This document shows positions 38,306 through 46,518 of a stretch of 64,000 nt of DNA, piece after piece. The stretch lies in contig CAYWEW010000002.1 in the NCBI GenBank assembly GCA_964457775.1, positions 44,335 to 108,334 of the forward strand, read 5' to 3'. The DNA comes from an uncultured Candidatus Saccharibacteria bacterium (GTDB lineage Bacteria; Patescibacteriota; Minisyncoccia; Phycocordibacterales; UBA5272). Position numbers and translations under genes: made by a program. The notes beneath the pieces were generated by a model. That model worked only from the letters and a program-made list of their open reading frames with translations, had not been told where the DNA came from and did not search any database. Numbering within the stretch: the stretch's first letter is position 1; each line of letters begins with the position of its first letter.

Positions 38306-40051
38306 ATGCAAAAATATCTTTCACTTACTATTCGTCTTTGGAAATTATTAAAACCCTTCCACAAGGACTTCTATATACAACTAACTTCAACAATTATTCA
38401 ACAAGGAATAACTATATATAGTATTTATTTGATGGCAAAAATACTTGACTCAATTATTCATAAGAATTTTGAAGTTGCAATGAATCTCGTTTTTATTAAC
38501 TTAGGTATGGTGCTTATAAAAGTTGGTATTAGTTATTTTGCGGAAATTCACGCACAGAATAAAATTACTTTTGCAATACAACAGTACTTAGAAGAATACT
38601 CATTCAAAAAGATATTTAAATTAAATATCTCTCAATATACAGAAGACCATTCAGCTGTAAAAGAGCAGGTTATTAATCGTGGTGAAAGTGCCGTAGAAAA
38701 TATTATCTCTACTCTTGTTCTTAATCTTCTACCAACAGTTACTCAAATATTATTTGCAGTAATAGCAATGTCTTTCTACTCTAAATTAATTGCAGTTTGG
38801 ACACTTATAACGCTCACAATAGTTATACTTTGGAGTAATTATTTTTCAAAATACCATAGACCATTTATAAAGGGTGATATTGATAACTGGGATAAACAAA
38901 AGAAAATTAGAACTGAATCATTTCAGCATCTAAGTCTTATACGAACACTTGGTGCTGAAAGTTTTTACCTAGATAAATACCTAAACAACAGACAAGGGTT
39001 TTTGGATTATAAAAAGTTTGTTTGGAATAAGGCTGTAGTTCATGGACACAAAAGATGGGGATTTTTATATATTTCAAGAGCCATAAGTTCTTCAATAATT
39101 ATATACTTAGCATATATCGGTACTGTTACTATTGGTTCAATATATGCAATTTGGTCATACACTAATGAAGCAGGTGCACAGATTTTTACTATTATTCAAG
39201 CTATTAGACAAATGCCACTTCGTTTTTCTGAACTTGAAAAATATCTAAACATTATTGATAAAAATGCTATTTTTAATGAAGAAGGAGAGAAAGCAAGTAT
39301 TTCTGGTAATATTGTTTTTGATAAATTAACATTCAAATACCCACATGGTAACGTGGAGCTATTCAATAATTTATCTCTAGTTATTCCTTATGGTAAAAAG
39401 GTTGCTTTTGTTGGTTCTTCAGGTTCTGGTAAATCAACAATTGTTAAACTTCTTCTCCGTATATTTAATTATGAACAGGGTTCGATAAAAATTGGTGATG
39501 TGGAGTTAAAAGATATTAATGCAATACACCTTCGTGAAAATATTGGTTATGTGGAACAACACGTTGACCTGTTCGACGAAACAATAAAAGAAAATATTTT
39601 GATTGGAATAAAAAATAAAGACAAAAAAGAAGCAGAAAATAGATTAGAGGAAGTTGCTAAACATTCTCGGATTACTGAGTTCTATCATAGACTAGGTGAT
39701 ACTAAGTTCGATACTTTTATTGGTGAGCGTGGCGTGAAATTATCTGGCGGTGAACGTCAACGTATAGGTATTGCACGTGCTATCATCAAGAATCCAGACA
39801 TACTCATTTTCGATGAAGCTACCGCATCACTTGATACCGAGAATGAGGCAAAGGTTATGGAAGCAATCAATGATGTGTCTCAGGGAAAGACTACAATTAT
39901 CATTGCTCATCGCCTATCAACAGTACGTGATGCTGATAAAATTATTGTCATGGATAAAGGTGTTGTCGTAGGAGAAGGAACGCATGATGAACTTATGCAA
40001 TCAAACGGTGTTTACCAAAATCTTGTCGCACACCAACTATCTAGTAAGTAG
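38306..40051 (+). CDS. ABC exporter, fused permease/ATPase (MsbA/MdlB-like)
   Basis: N-terminal TM domain; GSSGSGKST, LSGGERQR and IFDEATASLD motifs. Confidence 0.93.
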   Translation: MQKYLSLTIRLWKLLKPFHKDFYIQLTSTIIQQGITIYSIYLMAKILDSIIHKNFEVAMNLVFINLGMVLIKVGISYFAEIHAQNKITFAIQQYLEEYSFKKIFKLNISQYTEDHSAVKEQVINRGESAVENIISTLVLNLLPTVTQILFAVIAMSFYSKLIAVWTLITLTIVILWSNYFSKYHRPFIKGDIDNWDKQKKIRTESFQHLSLIRTLGAESFYLDKYLNNRQGFLDYKKFVWNKAVVHGHKRWGFLYISRAISSSIIIYLAYIGTVTIGSIYAIWSYTNEAGAQIFTIIQAIRQMPLRFSELEKYLNIIDKNAIFNEEGEKASISGNIVFDKLTFKYPHGNVELFNNLSLVIPYGKKVAFVGSSGSGKSTIVKLLLRIFNYEQGSIKIGDVELKDINAIHLRENIGYVEQHVDLFDETIKENILIGIKNKDKKEAENRLEEVAKHSRITEFYHRLGDTKFDTFIGERGVKLSGGERQRIGIARAIIKNPDILIFDEATASLDTENEAKVMEAINDVSQGKTTIIIAHRLSTVRDADKIIVMDKGVVVGEGTHDELMQSNGVYQNLVAHQLSSK

Positions 40052-40054
40052 TTA

Positions 40055-40408
40055 TTACCTTACCAGTTTTTTCTTTTTTGGTTTTGGTGGTTTAGTAACA
40101 GACAAAGCCATATTAAACCAATCGGATAATAATTCTCTATTTTCATACACTTCGGCTGGCACAGAAAAATAATAAAGATATGTTTCTTCCCCTTTTCTCA
40201 TATATGAAAATTGTTTTGATCCTCTTTCGGCATACCATCCTAAAATTTCATCAGCTCCTTTAAAATATAATTCATCTTTTTCTATGATTGCAAATGCTCT
40301 ACCTTCATAATACAAAATATAAGCACCCATCATAGCTCTAAATGTTACAGGTATAGCTTCTCCAAAAACATCATAAACTATATATTCAAGAAATGGAGTT
40401 GTTTTCAT
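40055..40408 (-). CDS. TfoX/Sxy N-terminal domain protein
   Basis: RAMMGAY.LY..G..FAII....LYFK...F.Y and YF.VP..V.E motifs. Confidence 0.8.
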   Translation of the reverse strand: MKTTPFLEYIVYDVFGEAIPVTFRAMMGAYILYYEGRAFAIIEKDELYFKGADEILGWYAERGSKQFSYMRKGEETYLYYFSVPAEVYENRELLSDWFNMALSVTKPPKPKKKKLVR

Positions 40409-40423
40409 ATAAAATAGTTTATA

Positions 40424-40503
40424 AGGTCAAAAGTCCATAAAGTCTGTAAAGTAATTACAGAATTAATAACACTTTGGACTTTATGGACTTTTGACTTTAG
40501 ACT
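40424..40503. repeat. AAAGTC/GACTTT short-unit palindromic intergenic repeat
   Basis: GTCAAAAGTCCATAAAGTC ... GACTTTATGGACTTTTGAC. Confidence 0.7.
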
Positions 40504-41768
40504 AAATACCATATTGTAGAGACACTGGCTACAGTCATGATTCCTGTAATCAACCAACCCAAAAATGACTGCAATCTTGTGTTCTTCCACTTACCCATGA
40601 TGCTTTGTCTACTAGCAAGATAGACTATAACCATAAGCAATAATGGGGCAATAATGCCGTTTAAAATAGCGGAATAAAGTAGTGCTTTCATTGGATGAAT
40701 ACCTATAAATGTAATCAACAGCCCAATAATCATAGAAACAATTATCACACCATAAAAAGCCTTTGCTTCACTGTACTTATTATAAAGACCTTCTTTAAAA
40801 CGAAATGTTTCTGCGATTGCATAAGCACTTGATCCGGCTAATACTGGAACAGCAAGTAATCCTGTCCCAACTATACCTAGTGTAAATAAGAGGTATGCTT
40901 TTTCCCCAGCAAAAGGTAATAGTGCTTCTGCTGCCTGAGAAGCTGTTTGTATATCGAAAACTCCGTTGGGGAATAACACTGCCCCACAAACAGCGATAAT
41001 AAAAAACATTGTAAGGTTAGAAAAGAACATTCCAGTCCATACATCAAAACGCATATCACTTATTGCGTGCTTACTATCATTTTCACTTATTTCTGTTCCA
41101 ACAAATTGCTTGTCATTTTTACGAGCTCTTTTTTCTTCCACTTCTTGTGAGGTTTGCCAAAAGAAAAGATAAGGACTAATACTTGTTCCAAGTATTGCGC
41201 AAATAAGAAGAACTGATTCTTTATTAAAACTAAAATGAGGTATGACTGTCGAATATAATGCATCTTTCCATGCTAAATCAATAGAAAGTCCTGCAACAAT
41301 ATATGCGATTAGAACAAAGGAGAGATATTTAAGATATCTCGCATATTCCTGATATGGTATAAGCACCTGAAGAGCCAAACTAAACAAAGTAAAACCAATA
41401 ACTATAACGACAACTGGAATACTTGGTATCATTAATTGAACAGCTTCCCCTACCGCACTTATATCTGCTCCAATATTAAATGTATTCGCAATAATCAAAC
41501 AAAAAGTTGCAACATAAAGGATATAAGGGTGACAATAAAGTCTAATTGTCCCAGCAAGACCCCTTCCTGTTACGATTCCTATTCTTGCACACATCTCTTG
41601 AACCACAGCCATAAAAGGGAATGTGAAAAGTGCTGTCCAAAGAAATGCGAAACCGTATTGTGCTCCTGCCTGAGAATATGTCGCAATACCTGAAGGATCA
41701 TCATCCGCCGCCCCTGTTACAATTCCTGGGCCAATTTTATTCCAATATTCTTTAAATTTTGTGAACAT
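40497..41768 (-). CDS. NRAMP-family divalent metal cation transporter
   Basis: GPGIVTGAADDDPSGIATYSQAGA and LGTSISPYLFFWQ motifs; about 11 TMs. Confidence 0.92.
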   Translation of the reverse strand: MFTKFKEYWNKIGPGIVTGAADDDPSGIATYSQAGAQYGFAFLWTALFTFPFMAVVQEMCARIGIVTGRGLAGTIRLYCHPYILYVATFCLIIANTFNIGADISAVGEAVQLMIPSIPVVVIVIGFTLFSLALQVLIPYQEYARYLKYLSFVLIAYIVAGLSIDLAWKDALYSTVIPHFSFNKESVLLICAILGTSISPYLFFWQTSQEVEEKRARKNDKQFVGTEISENDSKHAISDMRFDVWTGMFFSNLTMFFIIAVCGAVLFPNGVFDIQTASQAAEALLPFAGEKAYLLFTLGIVGTGLLAVPVLAGSSAYAIAETFRFKEGLYNKYSEAKAFYGVIIVSMIIGLLITFIGIHPMKALLYSAILNGIIAPLLLMVIVYLASRQSIMGKWKNTRLQSFLGWLITGIMTVASVSTIWYLV

Positions 41769-41798
41769 ATATATTAATAAGTATACCTTAAAAAAATA
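41732..41798 (-). repeat. NRAMP promoter/start region, copy A (intact)
   Basis: TTAAATTTTGTGAACATA..ATAAGTATACCTTAAAAAAATA also found at 42528 and in part at 43596. Confidence 0.8.
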
Positions 41799-41820
41799 AA
41801 TTACTTATTTACAACCCACC

Positions 41821-41849
41821 TTGACAGATTAGCATTAATATTTTATAAT
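41821..41849 (+). promoter_or_regulatory. consensus sigma70 promoter, leaderless configuration
   Basis: TTGACA-17 nt-TATAAT, ATG 5 nt downstream at 41855. Confidence 0.7.
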
Positions 41850-41854
41850 TATAA

Positions 41855-42448
41855 ATGAGCACCATTGCTCTAACCATAAGTAAAGCGAGATGTTTTACTT
41901 TAACGTGGCGAGATGCCACAAGGAGATCTTTCATGTTTGTTCCTTATGTTTCTCAAATGAGTCAGGGTAAAGTTGAGTCGTTCAGGCCACAGTTTCCATG
42001 GTTGTTTGACTATATTCCCCCCACGAAATGTTGGGAGGTGGCGGTTAAAAGAGTTGGGATCGACACCCTTCGTACATGGGTTGATGTCGGAACTTGGTTC
42101 CACAATGAATACGACGAAGTATTTTTACTAGACGCAAATGGTGCCTGCATTGGCGCTGTCGGCTGTTCAGTAAAAAGGATTAACTCCCGCACGGACAAAA
42201 CTGGAACACTTCATATTCAGAAACCGAAATACAAAGCGCGTAAACACTTCATTGTTAATGAGCGAACAATCGAAGAAAAGCTTTGCAAACTCACTAAAGA
42301 GGAAGCAGAGAAAGTAGTCACAGTTCTTTGGATTTCTCACAAAGGACAGATGCATTCAGATTTTTTCTGTCGATATGAATTCTATACCTCGGTGACAATC
42401 TATAAGTCTCCAAAAGACAAAAGTATCTTTGCTTGCTTACCAGCATAA
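41855..42448 (+). CDS. hypothetical protein
   Basis: 197-aa ORF with its own promoter and terminator ACAGCTAGAC..GTCTAGCTGTTTT (about 42467-42499). Confidence 0.65.
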   Translation: MSTIALTISKARCFTLTWRDATRRSFMFVPYVSQMSQGKVESFRPQFPWLFDYIPPTKCWEVAVKRVGIDTLRTWVDVGTWFHNEYDEVFLLDANGACIGAVGCSVKRINSRTDKTGTLHIQKPKYKARKHFIVNERTIEEKLCKLTKEEAEKVVTVLWISHKGQMHSDFFCRYEFYTSVTIYKSPKDKSIFACLPA

Positions 42449-42527
42449 GCAAAATTTATAAAATCAACAGCTAGACACAGAAAAACGTCTAGCTGTTTTA
42501 TATTTTATGTATATATAATAATTGGCA

Positions 42528-42572
42528 TTAAATTTTGTGAACATAATAATATAAGTATACCTTAAAAAAATA
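42528..42572 (-). repeat. NRAMP promoter/start region, copy B (truncated, MFTKFN...)
   Basis: TTAAATTTTGTGAACATA-ataat-ATAAGTATACCTTAAAAAAATA matches 41752-41798. Confidence 0.8.
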
Positions 42573-42597
42573 GAAAAAATAAAACAAAGATACTAAT

Positions 42598-42694
42598 ATG
42601 AAGATATATAAAATTATTGCTTAGTTCAAGAATTAACAGAGCAATAGTAACTGAAGCTAATATTAATTATGTTTGAAGTATTACCATAGATTAA
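42598..42694 (+). pseudogene. panD: aspartate 1-decarboxylase N-terminal relic
   Basis: Frame from 42617 reads LLSSRINRAIVTEANINYV*SITID*, matching PanD consensus [25 protein letters not shown]; ATG at 42598 is one base out of frame. Confidence 0.75.
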
Positions 42695-42701
42695 ACTGTA
42701 C

Positions 42702-43553
42702 TTATATCTCTCCATTAATATTTTCCGGCGATAAATATTGAAGTATATTTTTAATTAGATAACGAGCTGGTGAAGAAAAATATCGAGTTCTCCTAATAAA
42801 ATCCTCTTCATTATCATCTTTTATTTCTAACCTAATTGATTCCTCGAGAAAAGTAATCAGATTTAGAAGTTTTTCAAGGGACTCCCTATTTCCTATTTTA
42901 TACTTTTCATATGAAATATGAATTACATTAGCCAATACAAGAATGTTTGCAAGAATACGGTCGTAGTAGCCGTCTTCATTTTCTTCTGATACTAACAAAT
43001 CTACATCCACTAGATATATATCCTTTGATGTTTCGTTTGGTCTACTGCCGTAAACATATTGTTCCAATCGAATAATGTCTATTAAAACTGTTTTATGTTT
43101 ACGTGTCATCATATCTAAATAATCAATCAAATTAACATGTAATGCCTCTAATTTTAAAACAAAATCATCCTTGACCTCTTTATCAAGAATTTCATTACCT
43201 TTATCTAAAGTTATCCCTGTTATGGTGTCTGTTATTGCGTATACAACACGATCTCCTTTTTCATTTTTACCTAGAACGAAATTTACTGGAACATTTATGG
43301 AGAAACTATCTTGAATATCTCGAAAACACTTAACGTTATTAAGGTACTTATTTTCTATGTCCCGCGCCTCTTTATCTAATTCATCAAGTCTATCCGAATA
43401 AGTTCCTCTTGTCGTATCATTTACAGAATAAAGACCTGCCCGAACAACATAATCAGAATTATCACCAACCTGTTCAAAAAGTCCTCTGTCTACATCGACC
43501 ACTGAATGGTCTTTTAATGGATCCTTAAACGGTGTTCCTTCAAAATTCTTCAT
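42702..43553 (-). CDS. acidic hypothetical protein
   Basis: Likely start MKNFEG at 43553; DI..LEQYVYG...DIYLVDVD is weakly kinase-fold-like. Confidence 0.65.
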   Translation of the reverse strand: MKNFEGTPFKDPLKDHSVVDVDRGLFEQVGDNSDYVVRAGLYSVNDTTRGTYSDRLDELDKEARDIENKYLNNVKCFRDIQDSFSINVPVNFVLGKNEKGDRVVYAITDTITGITLDKGNEILDKEVKDDFVLKLEALHVNLIDYLDMMTRKHKTVLIDIIRLEQYVYGSRPNETSKDIYLVDVDLLVSEENEDGYYDRILANILVLANVIHISYEKYKIGNRESLEKLLNLITFLEESIRLEIKDDNEEDFIRRTRYFSSPARYLIKNILQYLSPENINGEI

Positions 43554-43595
43554 AAATATTTTTATTTCTTTTTTTAGTAACCCCAAAAAGCTACA

Positions 43596-43655
43596 CAATT
43601 TTCCTCCAATATTCTTTAAATTTTGTGAACATAATATATTACAAAACAGTATACT
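43596..43655 (-). repeat. NRAMP start region, copy C (MFTKFKEYWRKIV*)
   Basis: TCCAATATTCTTTAAATTTTGTGAACATA identical to 41741-41769; TATACT upstream on the minus strand. Confidence 0.8.
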
Positions 43656-43656
43656 A

Positions 43657-44073
43657 TTATTTCCAAACATTAAGCCATACGCCAAGATAGTGAACGACAA
43701 CGTATAGAAAAAAAATATAACCCAAAGTACCAGTTATAACTAATAGTATTAACTTGTTAAGAATTTCATTTCTTCTTTTTTTCACTTCATCTAATGTACA
43801 TACTCCACTTCGACGTAGATAAAATACGAAAGCAATAATTAGTGCTACGAAACCAGCAAATCTGAATAACCATTTATATTTTCCATAAAAAACATCAGCT
43901 AATTCAGTTGCAAAACTTAAACTAACAACACCTAGCGATAATAAAATTATTGGTGAAAGGCAACACAAAGAAGCAATAAAGACTGGAATACTAGAAACTT
44001 TAAATAAATCTACCCATTTTGTTTCCATTGGTTTAGCTTTAATAATATTATATTTTGGTTTTTGATTTTCCAC
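43657..44073 (-). CDS. MerT-like three-TM membrane protein with a CC pair
   Basis: IASLCCLSPIIL in TM1, loop GVC, three hydrophobic helices; start abuts the msrAB stop. Confidence 0.6.
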   Translation of the reverse strand: MENQKPKYNIIKAKPMETKWVDLFKVSSIPVFIASLCCLSPIILLSLGVVSLSFATELADVFYGKYKWLFRFAGFVALIIAFVFYLRRSGVCTLDEVKKRRNEILNKLILLVITGTLGYIFFLYVVVHYLGVWLNVWK

Positions 44074-44074
44074 T

Positions 44075-45283
44075 TTATTTAATTAAATTATTAATAAATT
44101 CTCCATAACCTTCAGCTTCCATTTTTTCTTTTGGAATAAAGCGGAGGGAAGCACTGTTCATACAATATCTTTTTCCCCCTCTATCTACTGGTCCATCTGG
44201 AAAAACATGTCCTAAATGAGAATCAGCAATTTTACTTCTAACTTCTGTTCGAGTAGAAAATATCCCTTTATCTATATGTAGAGTAATATATGAATCATCT
44301 ATTGGACTTACGAAACTCGGCCAACCAGTTCCAGAATCATATTTATCTTTTGAATAAAACAACGGTTCACCACTTACAATATCGACATAAATTCCAACCT
44401 CTTTACTATCATGATACTCATTATAGAATGATTTTTCTGTGCCATTTTTTTGAGTAACCGCATATTGTATGGGTGTTAATTTTTTTAATTGACCCTCTTT
44501 TATACTGTTTGTAAAATTCTTCCAAATTCTATTATCGTTTGTATTATTATTCATATTATTATTTGTATTTCCAAATATTTCATTTATAAATGAACTATTT
44601 TCTGACCAATTATTTCTAATAAAAATATTCCTTCCACTTCCCTCTCGATATACATTATATCTAATCTGATTCTTGTCCTTATAGTCTTGATGATATTCCT
44701 CGGCTGGATAAAAATTATTATAAGGGAGAACTTCAACAGAAACTGATTTAGGGAACTTCTTAATTGTGTTTATTTTATTAATAATACTATTTGCTTCTGT
44801 TTTCTGCTCTTCTTCTGTGTAATATATTGCAGGAGAATAAGAGTATCCTCTGTCGGCAAATTGTCCTTTATCATCGGTTGGATCTATGTGCTTAAAATAT
44901 ATTTCCATAATTTTACTGATTGAAATAACTTTTTCATCATATATTACTTGAACAGCCTCTCTTGCAATCACTTCCCCACTACTTACTTTATTGTAACTTG
45001 GACCATTATCATCTGAATATGTTTCTTTAACATCAGCATAGCCAGAAATAGCAGATATTACTCCATCAACATGACTGTATTCAGCTTCAGTACACCAAAA
45101 ACACCCACCAGCTAATACTATTTTTTTATAAGTTTTGTCCTCCACTTTTGAAAGTAGACTTGCATCTATAGTTGAGGGCTTTGATGTTGCTCTTTGATAC
45201 GCATTATACGAAACGAAAACAAAACTAAAAACTATGAAAAATATCGCCCCTAATTTAGTTTTATTTATTGAAGATATTTTCAT
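44075..45283 (-). CDS. msrAB: membrane-anchored bifunctional methionine sulfoxide reductase MsrA/MsrB
   Basis: N-terminal TM; GGCFWC and AEEYHQDY (MsrA); [18 protein letters not shown] and RYCMNS (MsrB). Confidence 0.95.
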   Translation of the reverse strand: MKISSINKTKLGAIFFIVFSFVFVSYNAYQRATSKPSTIDASLLSKVEDKTYKKIVLAGGCFWCTEAEYSHVDGVISAISGYADVKETYSDDNGPSYNKVSSGEVIAREAVQVIYDEKVISISKIMEIYFKHIDPTDDKGQFADRGYSYSPAIYYTEEEQKTEANSIINKINTIKKFPKSVSVEVLPYNNFYPAEEYHQDYKDKNQIRYNVYREGSGRNIFIRNNWSENSSFINEIFGNTNNNMNNNTNDNRIWKNFTNSIKEGQLKKLTPIQYAVTQKNGTEKSFYNEYHDSKEVGIYVDIVSGEPLFYSKDKYDSGTGWPSFVSPIDDSYITLHIDKGIFSTRTEVRSKIADSHLGHVFPDGPVDRGGKRYCMNSASLRFIPKEKMEAEGYGEFINNLIK

Positions 45284-45365
45284 TATATGATTCTTTTGCC
45301 TATATATTATAAGTATATATTAAAGTATAATAATATCTTAATATTAATAATGCTCGACATTTTAT

Positions 45366-45516
45366 GTGCAGAAAGGGAGTGATTTGGTCACATGGTCTAT
45401 TTTTCGTAAACTCAAAATATAGACCATCCGACCCGTATTCAAATATCCACGAAAGCCTTATGCCTCACGGCACGATTTACTAATCGGCAGTTGGCTTTCT
45501 CCCTTTTCATAATTTT
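45366..45516. repeat. GGTCAC-hairpin-CGACCC element with degenerate copies of the tRNA-Ser 3' end
   Basis: GCAGAAAGGGAGTGATTTG resembles GCGGAAAGGGAGAGATTTG at 45532; GGTCAC at 45386, CGACCC at 45429; TTCAAAT and CTCCCTTT follow in inverted orientation. Confidence 0.6.
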
Positions 45517-45532
45517 CACTATGTTCAAATTG

Positions 45533-45619
45533 CGGAAAGGGAGAGATTTGAACTCTCGAACGGGTTGCCCCATTGCCTGGTTTCGAATCAGGTGCCTTCA
45601 ACCACTCAGCCACCTTTCC
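45533..45619 (-). tRNA. tRNA-Ser (anticodon CGA)
   Basis: GGAAAGGTGGCTGAGTGGTTGAAGGC, anticodon loop TTCGAAA, long variable arm, GAGAGTTCAAATCTCTC CCTTTCC G. Confidence 0.92.
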
Positions 45620-45746
45620 AAATATAAGCACTTCGCTCTGCTTCGTGCTATTTGTAATCCTTCGGACCGGCGCCTTCGTGTTTGCCGGATTTCGTATGAA
45701 GGTTACTTCATACTTATCGTTAAACGTAAAGCAGTTTACGTTTAAC

Positions 45747-45769
45747 CCACTCAGCCACCTTTCCAAATA
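45747..45769 (-). repeat. 23-bp direct duplication of the tRNA-Ser 5' end
   Basis: CCACTCAGCCACCTTTCCAAATA at both 45602-45624 and 45747-45769. Confidence 0.85.
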
Positions 45770-45853
45770 AATTTAGTAAATTATACCATAACAAACTACT
45801 AATTTATTGCGGTTTTGCTTTAACATATCATACTGTTGTGCTATCTTTAGAAG

Positions 45854-46423
45854 ATGATCAGTAAGAAGTTGTTAGTTAATACCCTATGTGAATTTGGGCC
45901 CATAATAGGTTTTATAATTGCTTTTGAAATTAAAGATTTTATGACCGGTGTTGTTGTGATGATGATAGCCACTATTATTTCTCTGATAGCATTAAGAACG
46001 TTAGAAAAAAATACTCCTATTTTTGCACTTATTTCATCTGCTTCAGTACTATTTTTTGGTGGTATTTCGTTATTTATTAATATTCCTAGTATGTTTATAC
46101 TGAGAGATACTTTATTTGATGCAATTTTTGGATTAGTACTTATTATTTCTGTTTTGAAAAATAAACCTCTTTTTAAATATATTTTTAAAGGGGTGTTTTC
46201 AATCACTGACAAAGGTTGGAGTATTTTGAGTATGCGTTGGGGTATTTTCTTTATTATACTTGCCTTGATTAATGAATGGGTAAGACAAACTCTTTCACCT
46301 GAAGATTGGGTCACTGCAAAAATTATGATAATAATTGCCTCAGTAGTCTTTGGTACTTATCAGCTTAAATTGACCAAAAAAGAGCGACTACCTAGCGCAA
46401 CGGCGTGGGGAATAGTTAAATAA
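45854..46423 (+). CDS. inner-membrane protein, YciB/IspZ family
   Basis: EFGP..GF, FGGISL, ITDKGW..L..RW..FF...A..NE and WV..K motifs. Confidence 0.85.
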   Translation: MISKKLLVNTLCEFGPIIGFIIAFEIKDFMTGVVVMMIATIISLIALRTLEKNTPIFALISSASVLFFGGISLFINIPSMFILRDTLFDAIFGLVLIISVLKNKPLFKYIFKGVFSITDKGWSILSMRWGIFFIILALINEWVRQTLSPEDWVTAKIMIIIASVVFGTYQLKLTKKERLPSATAWGIVK

Positions 46424-46490
46424 TTCAAACTATTCTGATTTTTTGAACATATTTACATGTTTTACCTGTGAATATTAATTACTAGACAAT

Positions 46491-46506
46491 ATATCACATA
46501 TGATAT
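46491..46506. promoter_or_regulatory. palindromic putative operator overlapping the -10 of the HTH-murA gene
   Basis: Inverted repeat ATATCA-cata-TGATAT (about 46491-46506) overlapping TATACT about 10 nt before the ATG. Confidence 0.5.
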
Positions 46507-46518
46507 ACTCATTATAAT

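Noticed and set aside
17331-40503. GACTTT repeats as CRISPR arrays or iterons
   Set aside because: Units are 7-9 nt, irregularly spaced and arranged as inverted arms; no constant repeat-spacer period and no rep gene.
43657-44073. Mercury resistance locus
   Set aside because: No merA, merP or merR; only one MerT-like protein coupled to msrAB.
45533-45769. Intron-containing or split tRNA-Ser
   Set aside because: A complete uninterrupted tRNA is present at 45533-45619; the upstream copy covers only the 5' 18 nt plus flank.
45458-45770. Three short ORFs (102, 84 and 65 aa)
   Set aside because: They overlap tRNA-Ser and its repeats; no coding signals.
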